Part shown: piece by piece, positions 38,678 to 52,407 of the stretch
Layout: each line of letters opens with the position of its first letter
Numbering within the stretch: position 1 is the first letter of the stretch
DNA from: Octopus vulgaris
Lineage: Eukaryota
Direction: 5' to 3'
Length of the DNA: 64,000 nt
Assembly: GCA_951406725.2 (NCBI GenBank)
Contig: OX597815.1
Coordinates: 60,388,001 to 60,452,000 of the forward strand
Notes under the pieces: model-generated
The model's input: the letters and a program-made list of their open reading frames with translations, nothing else
What the model was told of the DNA's origin: nothing
Database searches by the model: none
Program-made: the position numbers and the translations under genes

Positions 38678-40395
38678 CTAGCATTATGATCCGTCGTTGC
38701 CGGGTCATAGTACTAGTGCATGTATATATGTGTATATATATGTGTACATATTACATGTACATCTATATATATATATACATCTACACATAAAATACAAAAT
38801 ACAAAGTTATACCTTGATATCGCTAGTGATAACAACACTCAAAATATATAACAGACTGGAATTGTAATCCGTCTCTTGCAATTTCGATCAATTGTATCTT
38901 GTCCTCCCTCTTGTATAGAAGTGTGGCTACAATCCAACTTACCTCTACTTCTGGGGGGACATTTTTAATTTTTATCCGGGACGTCCTACGTCCCAGATAT
39001 AAAGGTAAAAATAAAATATTTCCACTTTGCAAGGTTCGAGTCGAGTACTCCCTTGCACGCTCCGTTGACTCGAACCTTGCTTCTATTGTGGCGAATTTAC
39101 CGCCTCTAGTTAGATATCTTTCATAGTCGCACCAAGACACTTTCGATGGTGCTTTCCTCCGGGTGTTCAAATCTTTTTTTCTCTACATTGTATACTTTAT
39201 AGACAATAGTCTTTTCTTTAATTTAATTTTTTTATTTCGTTTGGTGGTGTTATCCTAGATTCACCGTATTTGTCGGTGATCAATCCGTATTTCTGCTATT
39301 TTAATTTCAATGAGTTCGCGCCCACTGACGGCTGCAGCGAAATTCATTTTTGGACTTTCTTCTATCGAAGGCATTCTAACAAAAATGCTTCCGTGTAAAC
39401 GGTGAAAATATTGTCAATTTCCCCAAACAGGGACACAATTCAATTTTTAAACAATAACCAAAGCTCCTTCTCCCAAAGGGGGAGGGTTACTATTTATAAT
39501 TATTTAACAAATGCAACACAACAATGTTTCCTTTACGAGGAGCCAACAAACGTGATAACAATAGTTAAACAGTAATAATAATAACAACAAACCTTACGAT
39601 GAATCAGAAAGCAGTAAGCAGTTGAAGCTTTAGTGCTTTAAGTATAAGAAATAAACCAACAGCAGCACTCTGTAGAAGCAGCTGTTCGAGAAAACAGATA
39701 TTACATACAGCCAAACTTCATATAGATACTTAATGCTAGCTAATTAGCAGATAATCTAATGTAAAAGCACAGCTCCATCTGGACTATTCCATTTCTGCAC
39801 GTTAATTTTATTTTTAATTTATTCCCATTCATGTGAAACCACTTTTTCAAGTTCAAGTCATTGATGCAATTTTATACCAATTGCTATTTTTACTTTTGTT
39901 ATGTTACGATTATATTATACTTTAGTTTGATTTTAATTATTACTTACTACATATAATTCAATTGTTATTTTTATTTTTATTGTTAAAGTGAAAGTATCTG
40001 ACATAAAATAGAGAAATGTTTTTGTTTCACTTTTAACACGTAATACTGAAATAGTGGAGAAGATATGATATTGCTATGGGCTCGCTCTAGGCAAGAAGTT
40101 GAACATTTTTTTGCCCATAAAACTACATGGACCCTAAGTAAGGCATGTGTAAAATTTAAATGAAATTGGTTGTGTAGTTCTCAAGTTTTAGGGAATCGTA
40201 GTGCAGAAGATACGATATTACTGTGGGCTCGCCCTAGGCAAAAAGTAAAAAGTTTTCCTGCCGATGACACTCCCCGGACCCTAAGTAAGGCATGTGTAAA
40301 ATTTGAATGAAATTGGTTGTGCAGTTCTCAAGTTTTAGGGAAACAGACAGACAGACAATAAGACAGACACACATTCTCAGTTTTATATATAGAGA
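38678..40395 (-). mobile_element. Non-autonomous Helitron-like element with captured LINE ORF1-like fragment
   Basis: 5' TCTCTATATATAAAACTGAGAATG at ~40395. 3' hairpin + CTAG end (ACTAGCATTATGATCCG) at 38678. Internal duplication of the subterminal block at ~40050-40340. Confidence 0.7.
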
Positions 40396-40452
40396 GATTC
40401 CGAAATTTGTTGTATTCGGAATTCACTTAGATATTCCTTTGCCTGTTTTGTT

Positions 40453-41525
40453 ACTTAGTATGATGTTTTCTTGTTTTCATGTTTTGAGACAAGTTTTAAC
40501 ATCCAGTCCTCATAGATTTTCAGGTAGTTGTCTAGGCCAATTGTAGCAATCTTCATTGTTATTGCCAGTTGTAAATGTCCACGGCCTCCCTCTTTTCTTG
40601 GCAGATAGAGTCGTTCTATATCTGCCTTAGGATGGTGCATTCTATGCATTGTCAACAGTTTTCTTATTTTTCTGTCAAGATTACATATTTCAGTAATTGA
40701 CCAGTTAACGATATTAAAAATGTAAGTCACAACTGATATGGTTAAAGCATTGGCCGCTTCGATCCTGTTTCTCGCATTCAGCTTTGTCTTGAGTATTGCT
40801 CTTACTCTGCGATAACATTCTCTCCTGATCCTTTCCTTCATCACTGAGTGCCTTATTCCGTCCCCTTCAGTTACCCCTAGATACTTGTAGCTCTCCGCTG
40901 GGTCTAACTCTTTTATGACATTCTGCTGGTCGAGGTAAACGTTAGATGTTTCTGTAATTTTTCCTTTGATAAAGGTAGCTTTTGCACATTTATCAAGGCC
41001 AAATTGCATTCTGATGTCATCCTGAATTGTTTAACAATCGTTAGTAAGCCCTTGAGTTGTTGCTCATTTTTTGCAAAGTGCTTTAAATCATTCATGCAAA
41101 TAAGATGATTTATATTTTTATCCAACATTTTATATCCGTACTGTGCGTCATTGAGCAATTTTGAGGGGGATATTAAGGCTAAACAAAAGAGGAGTGGTGA
41201 TAGTGAGTCGCCCTGGAAAATTCCACATGAAATTTTTACATCACCAGCATTTAGAGATTCATCGTCAATGTTCAAAGTTAGTGTGGTTCTCCGTGATCTC
41301 ATACATACAGATAAAAAGTTTCGTAGAGCAGGCGCTATTTTATACATCTCCAGGCATTTCTTAATCCAGCTATGTGGTAGGCTACCAAAAGCATTTTTAT
41401 AGTCCATCCAGGCTATTGATAAGTTTTTGTGTCGTTTGTGACAATCTTCTAAGATCATCTTATTGATGAGTAGCTGATCTTTACAACCGTAGGATCCACG
41501 TTTACATCCTTTCTGTTCATTGGGG
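40453..41525 (-). mobile_element. Dong/R4-like LINE RT fragment adjacent to (TAA)n
   Basis: [59 protein letters not shown]. Confidence 0.9.
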
Positions 41526-41592
<67 letters not shown>

Positions 41593-41594
<2 letters not shown>

Positions 41595-42109
41595 GAGTGA
41601 GAGAGCAGTGCATGCCATCAAAGTGAAACTGGGGTAAAATATACGAAGCCCAGTATACCCATCATGGCTACCCGTCTGATAAGGTTACACCAGACATATG
41701 CATCACAAACAAATGTGCGCGACATGGGAATCTCATATCAAGATAAACAGCGCTTGACCTTGCAGGTGGAGCCCATTTAGAATTTTTTTTTTCTGGTAGA
41801 GTAGCCCATCCCACTCAAAATGTCCCTGAATAAGGATTGTTTAAGGATGTTGAACGAACCACTTTTTGCAAGACATGAATCTTGCATGAGAATTCCAGTT
41901 GCCTTAAGAAGTCTTGAAGTTTCAATGGGATTGATCCCAACGCTCCGATTACCACTGGTATCACTTTTACATTACCCTCTCGCATTCCCTTTCTTCTATC
42001 TTTCATTATAAATGTTGCCCTCCCAGTCAATATCCACGCAGGAACTGTACCTTTCTGGACACATTCATGGTAGTTCCTTGTAGGTAGGCATTGATCTTGG
42101 GCTGCTTTA

Positions 42110-42110
<1 letters not shown>
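41593..42110 (-). mobile_element. Dong/R4-like LINE, deleted 3' fragment plus 3' UTR, between (TAA)n tracts
   Basis: VKVIPVVIGALGSIP..LQKV endonuclease tail and a TGRAT.IMKD RT piece. Confidence 0.65.
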
Positions 42111-42184
<74 letters not shown>

Positions 42185-42461
42185 TTAGACGTCGCACTGT
42201 ATACAATATTGTGCGGTTGTTGATTGAAGATATTGTGTCTACCGGGGGTTTGTACTGTTTGTCAAGTGACAACAAGTACCTCAGACAGACATTACTTTAC
42301 GCAATATGCGTGCAGTTCCAAGTAATGCCAACTTTTGCAATACATCTAGATTGTAGGGTATTTCTAATACAGTTCTATATTTAAAAGACGAGGAATTATG
42401 TTCGTTATTTATATTATTTACATTTGACGGGTATTTGTCCTCATCTTGTTTGTTTGCCCCA

Positions 42462-42900
42462 CCAGGAAGATGTGCAAGTGCTGTTAGGTCATGTGAACTC
42501 AATAAAGCCATCCATAGAGTTCACAATGGAAAAAGAAAAAGAAAATCAGCTAGCATTTCTGGACGTATTCATAACACGCACCAGCTATGGATTCAGGACA
42601 TCCGTATACCGCAAGCCGACCTTCACTGGACGATACCTTAACTTCAACTCCCACCATCTATACAGTGTAAAGGGAGGGATTGCTCAGTGCCTAAAACATC
42701 GAGCAATGAATATAAGTAGCGGTCATGATACCCACCACGAAGACAGGATCAAACTCAGTAACAATCTGTTAAGCAACAACTACCCCAAAAGCATACTCTC
42801 CACTCCAATTATGAAGAAAAGAGGGGATGGAACCGATAAACTGTCCAGTCTGTCTACCCTGTCTGAAAGGCCTCTCTGAAAAGATACAGAAGAGCTGTCA
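42462..42900 (+). mobile_element. Penelope/Poseidon-type PLE RT C-terminal fragment
   Basis: NSIKPSIEFTMEKEKENQLAFLDV..FRTSVYRKPTFTGRYLNFNSHH. Confidence 0.85.
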
Positions 42901-43363
42901 ACAAAATCAACTTGTATCTCTTACAGCTGTTGCCCGGACAAGAACTGTCTTTCAAATCACTCGGCACTGTAATTGATCAGGACCAGGCAGTAGTTTTATC
43001 AGCTGAATTCCAGAACTCTCTACAGTCATCTGGGATGCTACCTCACCAATTAATACTTAAAAAGGGGCCCCCACTCATACTGTTCAGGAACCTGGAGCTA
43101 CCTTGTCTGTGCAATGGTGCTAGACTGGTGGTGAAATCGATGCGACCCCATTTCCAAAGACAAAGAACTACCTGTTTTTTTTTCTTTTCAATACTTTTAA
43201 CAGTGAGAACATTGGATAAAACATGTTTTTGACATTAATAGTTTGTACCTCAGCTAATTACTCTTGAGAACTGTATAAATCTATGTTTCATGTTAGAGAT
43301 CTAAAAGGCATTTTAAAATTTCATTATTTTCTTTAACCCGGGCAACTCCGGGTATTTTTACTA

Positions 43364-43364
<1 letters not shown>
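42900..43364 (+). mobile_element. Helitron 3' fragment (PIF1-like helicase remnant + terminator)
   Basis: EFQNSL..SGMLPHQLILKKG.PLILFRNL...LCNGARL. Ends ACCCGGGCAACTCCGGGT..ACTAGT. Confidence 0.85.
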
Positions 43365-43424
<60 letters not shown>

Positions 43425-43653
43425 AAGAGTGTTTATAATTATGAATAAATCACAATTAGAACGGAGAGGGTTGCCAAAAACCTTACATGTTTAGAAATAG
43501 CAGTCAAAAACCAATATAAAGCCACTTATATTTTATCTCCTCACTATAAATCTGTTTGCGAGTGATATGACATAAAGTCCATGATTCAAAAATTACAGAT
43601 TAATTCTCTATCGCAATTTCGAAGTTAGGAACCTATCATACCATGTTATATAC

Positions 43654-44069
43654 CTGTTTCTTTACTACCCACAAGGGGCTAAACACAGAGAGGACAAACA
43701 AGGACAGACAAACGGATTAAGTCGATTATATCGAATCCAGTGCGTAACTGGTACTTATTCAATTGACCCCAAAAGTATGAAAGGCAAAGTCGACCTCGGC
43801 GGAATTTGAACTCAGAACGTAGCGGCAGACGAAATACCTATTTCTTTACTACCCACAAGGGGCTAAACACAGAGGGGACAAACAAGGACAGACAAAGGTA
43901 TTAAGTCGATTACATTGACCCCAGTGCGTAACTGGTACGTAATTTATCGACCCCGAAAGAATGAAAGGCAAAGTCGACCTCGGCAGAATTTGAACTCAGA
44001 ACGTAACGGCAGACGAAATACCGCTAAGCATTTCGCCCGACGTGCTAACAATTCTGCCAGTTCGCCGCC
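43654..44069 (-). mobile_element. Meta-like SINE with tandem duplication of its 3' part
   Basis: Unit TTTCTTTACTACCCACAAGGGGCTAAAC..GCAGACGAAATACC repeated at ~43657 and ~43841. Confidence 0.8.
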
Positions 44070-44199
44070 GTATATACCATGTTATATACCATATCGTAAA
44101 ATGGACGGTGCTGAGTTGTCAAACATTTAAACCAAATTTTCTCAAAGTTACTTGTCCGACCGTCTCATAGGCCTCCCCTTTGAGAAATACTGATTTAAC

Positions 44200-44580
44200 C
44201 TAAATTTAAGACACCAGCAAAAGAAGAAATAAACAGAAAGTTAAGGCATCTTACTTTTTTGGTCTCTTTAATATACTGCATTTTGTGGCATTATTTCAAG
44301 CCAGCCAGCTTCTTTTGCGCAAACTGCACGTGCATTTTTCTCGCGTACACGTAGTATCGATCGCAACAGCTGATGTACTTGCGCGTACAAATGCACGTTC
44401 CCACGGCTTTATCGATTGCATTCTCACCCGGAACCGACTTTTGTAATTTTTTCAAGACTTATGTACGCCCTGATACCGTCGGTATCTACATATCAAATTT
44501 TAGCGAAATCGGATGGGGGATGCCTGAGATCATAGAAGACACACACAGACAGACCGACAGAACGGATTTTATATAGTAGA
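44200..44580 (-). mobile_element. Helitron-like 5' fragment flanked by a ~90-bp direct repeat
   Basis: Reverse strand begins TCTACTATATAAAATCCGTTCTGTC..CCGATTTCGCTAAAATTTG. 44110-44199 is repeated at 44591-44680. Confidence 0.5.
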
Positions 44581-45504
44581 CGAGCAGAACGCTGAGTTGT
44601 CAAACATTTAAACCAAATTTTCTCAAAACAACTTGTCCGACCGTCCCATATGCCTCCCCTTTGAGAAACACTGATTTAACGTGAGAGACTAACGAGGGAG
44701 GCAAGCTTCCTTCCTCCATCTCGCTTGTCTCCCTTGTCAGTCGTTAGAAACGTGCTCTCACGTCGCTAAGAATTGTTTTGACTCTTATTTCTATTATTGC
44801 TGGTTCTCCCTAGCACTCTCCGTCACATTAGTGACGACTATACTTGTTACCTTTCGGTTGTAAATTGCGAGTAGCCACCTTCATAATTTATATGTGTGCG
44901 TGTGTGTGTATGTGTGTGTATGTGTGTGTGTGTTTGCGTATGTATTTAGGTATCTATATGCATTTGTATATTGACACATATAAGGATTTGGGTGTGTGGG
45001 TGTGTATCATTTGTTTCAGCTATGGAACTTTTGTTCTTGGAGTAAAGAAATAGGAACTTTTGTTCTTGTTCTAAGTCTCCTTGGCATTTCTCTACCAGTT
45101 AAAACAGATCTACATTTTTTAATTTAATAAAATTGATAACGTAACATTACTCAAATATTACTGATATATAATAGCGCTAACTTAAAAAGTAGCCCCCCAT
45201 GACATTTTCTCTCTCTCTCTCTTAGACACACACTATGTATGTACATATATTGTATTAGCAAAAATTATGTAAGCATACATGCGTTAATCTATCTATCTAT
45301 CTATATGTGTGTGTGTGCGTGTGTGTTTATATATATGTACATATGTATATATTATGTAAGATATAAGTTAGATGTATGAGACCATCTAAGGTTAATTCTC
45401 TATTGCAATTTCAGGCACTCCTGGTAATTACTTCAGTATGTATGGTCCTTGTTATAAGGTATACAGTAGTGGGTAATTTAAAGGTAAACCGTAGTTTAAT
45501 GTTT

Positions 45505-46392
45505 ACTAGCATTATGACCCGGCGTAAATGGTATGCGCACAGCTCCATCTGGACTAATTCACCTCTTCACTCAAATTTTTCATCTTTTAATTTCTCCCAT
45601 TCATGCAAATCCACATATTCGAGTTCAAATCCTTGATACATTTTATACTAATTGCTATTTTATCTTTTAATTGTTATATTACGATTTAATTACCATTTTA
45701 ATAAAATAAAATATATTTAATTACTACTTACTATATTTACTATATTTAATTCAAATGTTATTATTACCTCTAACTTTTATTGCAATTTTTATTTCTAAAT
45801 TTCTTATGGAACGTCGAGTGGATCTTATGCGTACAGTATATTTTTATATGATGTTTATATATTTATATATTACTATATATTTCTAAACGTCGGGCTTTAT
45901 ATCTGTTCTGTAGATATAAATGAATATATGAATGTATGTATGTGTTTGATCTTTCTGTGGATTTTGTAGTGCTCTTGTAGTTGCTGCTCGCATTGCCCCC
46001 CCCCCTCGGATTAAAAAGTGTATACAGCTCATTTGAGCACTACTATTCCAGTCTGTTATATATTTTGAGCGTTGTTGTCACTAACGATCTCAAGATATAA
46101 CTTTATATTTTGTAATATATATATATACACACATCCATATACATACAATAGAGAGATGTTTTTGTTTCACTTTTAACACGTAATACTGAAATAGTGGAGA
46201 AGATATGATATTGCTGTGGGTTCGCTCTAGGCAAGAAGTTAAACATTTTTTTGCCCATGACACTACGTGGACCCTAAGTAAGGCATGTGTAAAATTTGAA
46301 TGAAATTGGTTGTGTAGTCCTCAAGTTTTAGTGAAACAGACAGACAGCCAGACAGACAGACACACACACATTCTCAGTTTTATATATAGAGA
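45505..46392 (-). mobile_element. Short form of the same Helitron-like family (no LINE cargo), with an unrelated internal insert
   Basis: Same 5' end as 20423/40395. 3' end TTACGCCGGGTCATAATGCTAGT. Insert at ~45790-46145. Confidence 0.7.
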
Positions 46393-46409
46393 GATAAGGA
46401 CTATAAAAT

Positions 46410-47236
46410 AGTGGAGAAATAAATGACAATGAGACGTGGATCTTTGGTGTTACAAAGCCATTATTTAATTAATTACGATGAGAGTATGTTAGAGTGAGTT
46501 TACAGTTGTTTTCGTATATCAGGCTGGGGTAAATATGTATTTACCTCGTTGCAATTGATATACATCATCAGAACGAAAGAAGCAAAGATAAACAAAAGGA
46601 CTATAGGGGGAAAGAAAATGTAAGGAGAAAAACAGGAAGAAGAAAATGTTCAGTAATTTGATAGTCTTACATTTTAGTTAGGTTCAAAGTTCAGTGAATC
46701 CGTTGTATGATAGATGAGAAGAAAGTTAGTTGAAGCTAAGGTTTCGTAATTAGTTATTAACATAGCTAACACGTATCCGTAGGTTCGGCTAGTTGACCAC
46801 CAGTGAAATCCGAGGGAGTTATCACTATTGGGGATATCCGGTTTAGTTCTGTAGAACTATGTGTCACTAATTTATAGGTAGTAAGTTAGTTCGTATATTT
46901 TCAATGGAAGCCATAATATAAGAGTAAAGTTTATATCTAGAATCGATACAACGGATTCACTGAAATTTGAACCTAAAATATAAGACTATCGAATTATTGA
47001 ACATTTTTTCTTTTTCCTGTTTTTTCCTTTCGCTTTCTTTCTCTCTATTCTCTTTTGTTTATCTTTGCCTCTTTCTTTCTAATGATGTCTATAAATTGCA
47101 ATGAGGTAAATACATATTTACCCCAGCCTGTTATATAGAAACAGCTATAAACTTACTCTGTCATACTCTCATCTTAATTAAATAATGGCTTTATAACACC
47201 AGAGATCCACTTCTCATTGTTATTTATTTCTCCATT
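46410..47236. repeat. Diverged fold-back element with extended-stem-II hammerheads in both arms
   Basis: ~46410-46715 is inverted against ~46940-47236. Minus HHR 46498-46574: gtt CTGATGA tgtatat..atatac GAAA acaact GTA aac. Degenerate plus copy at 47076-47152. Confidence 0.7.
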
Positions 47237-47254
47237 TCCTTATCATCTATATCT

Positions 47255-49027
47255 GGGAGGGGCCATGGGAACGAGAATGAACCCCAACTATGCGAACCTG
47301 TTCGTTGGCTACGTTGAGGGCCAAATATTCTCAAGATTCGCTGGTCCCACTCCTGAACTATACGGCCGTTATATTGACGACTGCATCCGTGCGACCTGAC
47401 ACTCCCGGGAACATTTAGACTCCTTCCTCTCTTTTTTCAAATCTTTCCATCTTGCCCTCCACGTCTCCTGCACTATCTTTGACACTTCTGTCTCCTTTCT
47501 TGACATTTCGGTCAACATTCTTCACTCCACTCTTACCACCTCCATCCACTACAAATACACAGACTCACACTCATACCCCAACTTCTTTTCCTCCCACCCT
47601 AAACACACCAAGCTCTCCATCCCCTATTCCCAATTCCTCCGTCTACGCAGGCTCTGCAGTGACAACCATAACTTTGATACTCAGTCGCGACTCATGGCTC
47701 ACCATTTCATCCTACATGGATATCCCCTCACCACTATCCACACCGCCCTTGCCAGAGCACGTTCCGTGGACCATGCATCTGCTCCCCGCCGAACCCTCCC
47801 TGCAGCCTCCTTCAAATGAGCCACAACCTACGAGACCTCTTGGTCCACAGCTTCTCCCCTAACCCGGCTCGTCCCCCTGCTCCCGCCCACGCTGCTGCAC
47901 TTGCCCTTACCTCTCCAACATCACCCTCCTCACCGGCACCCATTATCGACCCTATCATATCACCGACTTCTTCACCTACACTTCTAGCAACGTCATCTAT
48001 TGCATCTCCTGCTCCCTCTGCCCTTCTCTAAACATCGGGCAAACGGGACGCCGCTTGGCTGACCGGTTCACAGAACATCTCCGAGACATCCGACTCGGCA
48101 ATGATACTCCGGTCTCGCGCCATTTCTGCTCTAGGGGCCACTCTTTGCAACACCTGTCTGTATTCGAATTGTCCTTGCACAGGGGCCATACGGACTCCCG
48201 TCTTCGCTGTGAACAGGGATTAATCTTCTCTCTTCGCTCATTTATGCAACATGGGCTCAAATCTCCTCCCGTCTCCTGTCTTTCTCTCACACCTACTTCC
48301 TCCCACCCATCTCTCCTCCTTTGCTCCGACTCCTACTTCTTCTCTTCACTCCTACCCTCCTTCTCTCTTCTCTTCACTTCTACCCACCTTCTCCCTTCCT
48401 CCTCTCCCTGTATCGTCACTCCTCCTTCGGAGCCCCACCCCTACACAATCCAACTCCACCTTCCCTATCCATCCCATCCCACCCCCACCCCATCCCTTAC
48501 ACCCACTCCCACATACCCACTTCTACTCCCTTGCTTCCTTACTCTCGCCACCCTCACTCCCAATACCACCACACCACACACCACTACACCATACACCACC
48601 ACACCACAACACATTACATCACACCATCACGCACACACTAGCACTGACCACTTCCCAGCACTCACACCATTATCCACACACACATGCACACACGCAAACG
48701 TCAATGTCACCAGCCCTCTTCCACACGCACATACATGGTCTCTTATACATACGCACGCGCACCTTCATTTTGGAATCACCACTACTTTATTATCTCCCCT
48801 TCTCCCTAGCTCTCCTGTGTGACCCCTCTGTCCGGCATTCGCCATGATAGCTCGCTAGCCACTACACATTCTTTATTTTCCCTCCTTGTTTCTTTCTGTG
48901 TTCTTTTCTGTGGAAGAGCGTAGGCTCGAAACGTTAAAGACTTTTTCCCTTCCCGAGTGTTAAACTAATACATCTATTTGTTGTCTATAGTACCCGTCTT
49001 CGTCTTTTGTTTTTTTTTGTGAATTCT

Positions 49028-49030
<3 letters not shown>
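47255..49030 (+). mobile_element. Degenerate 5'-truncated Neptune-type PLE (RT, GIY-YIG, pLTR)
   Basis: GAMGTRM.PNYANLF, RYIDD, HYKYTDSH, SIPYSQFLRLRRLCS, NVIYCISCSLC..IGQTGRRLADRFTEH. HHR-like motif at 48903-48940. Confidence 0.9.
48903..48940 (+). ncRNA. Minimal hammerhead-like motif (A6U variant) in PLE pLTR
   Basis: ctttt CTGTGGA a-gagc-gtag-gctc GAAA c GTT aaaga. Related solo copy at 52813-52848(-) with CTGTCGA..GTA. Confidence 0.5.
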
Positions 49031-49063
<33 letters not shown>

Positions 49064-50399
49064 GAAATGAAGAAAATACTGACAAAATAATTTAAGTAAG
49101 GGAAAGTGTATTTAATTAGGTGAAAGTTCTTTTTTTAAAACAAAAAAAGAGAAAAATTGGGTTAGAATACAATGTCCATTTTTTTGTGAATGATTTCAGT
49201 GTATAAGAAAAAAAGTAAGAGTATTTTACAGTGTTCTGTTTCAGAATAAGATATTTAGTAAAAGCGTGTAATATACAGTTTTTTTGTGGAAAAGTTCAAT
49301 GTCAGATTTCAGTGTAGAATAAAAAAAGTAAGAGTTTACCGGTTGCGCATTTGTTATGCTTATCAAAAGATATTTTGAGTGAGATAGAGTTCCTTTCTGA
49401 TTGATTTTTTCTCTTATCTGACTTTATGTTGGGTTTGCTGTCTCTTATATGTGAAAAAAAAGGCTCCAGAGTTGTTTAAGATTTGCTTGGTTTCGCGCCT
49501 AAAATTTCTCGTGGACAATGATCAATACAATTTTGATTGGTCATTATAAAGGGGTCACGTGAATGCTTGAATGGAAGTTGGTGTTGGGGTAAGAAAATAG
49601 GCTCTAGAGATGTTAAAATTTGGCTGGTATCGCGCCTAAAATTTCTTATTGGTCATAATAAAGAGGTCACGTGAATGTGGTCATAATAGAGAGGTCACGT
49701 GAATGTTTAGAATGAATGTTGGTGTAGGTGGTGTATGGAGTTTTCGAAAATAGCGTTGTTGAAAAGTCTTATTGTTCAGGCTGGTCAGTAGACGTCATGT
49801 GGATATTTTGAATAGCTTTTTAGCGCGTAGTTAAGGAGTGTATTTTCCGCTTGACTGAATTTGAGCTGGAAAAGTAAGTTCGTTTAGGACAGGAAGAGCT
49901 ATATGTATGTATAACAGCCTTACATAAAATTATATGAAGGAATACGAATATAAATAAATAATTTCGGTGAAATATTTCTTTAGTAATCACGGATATATTA
50001 ACTTGGTGGCGACACAATGACTTATGATGTAAAAATAAAAGACAAAGGAAGAATTCTTGAGAGATATCTATTGAACTACCTACAGAGGACATAGAATGGC
50101 TTCTGGCTTATCAAATAAAATTTGCTGTCAAAATTCTTGCTTGCTTATCACTCTTACGTCTCAATAATTCCACACCTATTAAAATATGGACATTAGAAAA
50201 ACAAAACGATCAAAGTATTTTTTCTTATATATCCAGATACTAAAAGACCAAAATTACGTTATTTTCTTTCTTAAAATGATCTTTCGTTTTAAGATATTTC
50301 TTATTGATTGCCTAGATTTAGATGACGTTTTCCTCCTTAACATTCTCCAATGTTCCTTTTGGTTCTGTTAGACTTAAGTGAGTCTGTGTTCTTCCGTTT

Positions 50400-50459
50400 G
50401 GCTCCGGTGAATGGAGAAATGGGGGGATATCCCTCATATCTCTGAAACAGCTGTAAGAC
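50400..50459 (+). ncRNA. Degenerate hammerhead with extended stem II
   Basis: ggct CCGGTGA ..hairpin.. GAAA cagct GTA agac. Confidence 0.4.
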
Positions 50460-51424
50460 TACGTTTCTCTTTATAAATGTCCCAGAAATTTCACACTGCC
50501 TTGGCTTTGTTGTCTCATTTTATTTGATATGTATACGTGCGTGTGCGCGTGTGTGTGTGTATGTGTGTGTGTATGAATGGCCATGGGATTGCACCTATGG
50601 ATATAAATGTGTGTGTGTGTGTGTGTGTGTAGATATGTATTTATACATATGTATATAAAAACAGACATTTGTCTATAGATGCGTGCACCTTTTTCTCGGC
50701 ATGAAACACCCATTTAACTTGCCCTCATTTCTATCTCGTCTACAACACCACTACTTTTTCCCCATTGCGATATAGATATGCATAAACAACGTGACTCTAA
50801 AGAAGAAAATAAATGAAAACAACAAACAAAGAGAAAAGATGAGATCACGAGACCCATTGATAAAGAGACGCCTAATCTTCCTCTGGATAACCTGAAATTT
50901 GAAACCCTGTTACGTGAGACGATAACTCTCGAGTTAGTGGATGGTGACAGATTGACCAGCATACATAAGAAGAGAAACATAGGGAGAGACAGAAAGAGAG
51001 AGAGAGCAAGAGTGAGAGAAAGGGAGAGAGAGGAAGAGAGAAAGAGAGGAAAATAGAGAGAGGAAGGGAGAGAGAGGAAGAGGGAGAGGGAGAGAGAGAG
51101 AGAGAGAGGCAGAGAGACAGAGACTAGGAGGTAGTGGGAAGGGAATCGGATTGATCGGGTGTGGTTGTAAATAAACATTGGTCAAATTTTTCTATCAGAC
51201 TCATACAGGAGGCCAAGCCTGACCCACCGAGACCACCCAGAGCCAAAGAAATTCAAGTATGTATGTATGTATGTATGTATGTATGTATGTATGTATACAC
51301 GTACATTTCGAGTATAGCGCTTCGTCGGAAAAAAGTAAGTTCAAAGAAAAAGACGGAAAAATAAGGAAAAAGTGCTAACAATCCACGTGTGGTTATATAC
51401 ATATATATATATATATATATATAC

Positions 51425-52185
51425 GTTTAAATATTTGTTGTGCAAGATTTTTTTTATGTGAAGTCGTGTGTTGAAACAGATATTGTTATATTTCGGAATG
51501 GTCATATTGCCAGTTTAGCCAATACAAACACACGCACTATATATTTGGTGTTATTTTGCTTCAGTGTTATTTATTTTTTACATTAATCTTAATCTTATTT
51601 CGGCCAGAGTTCTTTCGTCACACTCATGTGACCGCATCAGTGGTCCTTTGTTTTCTTCTTTCTTATTTGTGTCTCTCCTTACTAACCGTCAGACATTTTA
51701 TATTTCTAATGTATGTCTTCATTTGCGCATGCTTATATCTCTATGTGCGTCTATGTTTATTTAATGTGTGTATGTGGGGGATGCTTGTAATATTTATATC
51801 TTCTGTTTATATATGTTCATGTAATTTGTATTTTTTTTTGTTTTTGTTTGTTCTGAACATATATAAACAAAAGATACAAATATTACAGGCATCCCCCGAC
51901 ATACACACATTAAATAAACATAGACGCACATAGAGATATAAGCATGCGCAAATGAAGACATACAATAGAAATACAAAATGTCTGACGATTAGTAAGGAGA
52001 GACACAAATAAAAAAGAAGAAAACAAAGGACCACTGATGCGGTCACAGGAGTGTGACGAAAGAACTCTGGCCGAAATAAGATTAAGATTAATGTAAAAAT
52101 AAATAACACTGAAGCAAAATAACACCAAATATATAGTGCGTGTGTTTTTATTGGCTAAACTGGCAATATGACCATTCCGAAATAT

Positions 52186-52191
<6 letters not shown>
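51425..52191 (-). mobile_element. Non-coding fold-back element in (TA)n with hammerhead-like motif
   Basis: 51480-51819 is inverted against 51855-52191, with a ~55-nt tail only on the left (also solo at ~31832-31865). Motif cca CTGATGC g gtcac..gtgac GAAA gaac TC tgg at 52028-52072(+) and 51602-51646(-). Confidence 0.75.
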
Positions 52192-52249
<58 letters not shown>

Positions 52250-52407
52250 GTGGGTGTGATATTGTATAGAAGAATATATTAATAAAAGGAATTCCAACCT
52301 TGTCTGATTTTCACGTTTTACAATCTTATAATGATATATTATAAGATAATATATTATAATAGAATAAAATAAAATAAAATAATAGAATGTTAAATGTTCA
52401 TTTTGAT

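Noticed and set aside
49480-49720. Spaced short repeats (GGTCACGTGAATG x3, CGCGCCTAAAATTTCT x2) resembling an array
   Set aside because: Irregular degenerate minisatellite in eukaryotic DNA; no CRISPR-like constant repeat/spacer structure or cas genes.
50860-50945. Possible further permuted hammerhead on the minus strand (CAAA..gttatc CAGAGGA)
   Set aside because: Both core boxes are mutated and the stems are poor; cannot be supported.
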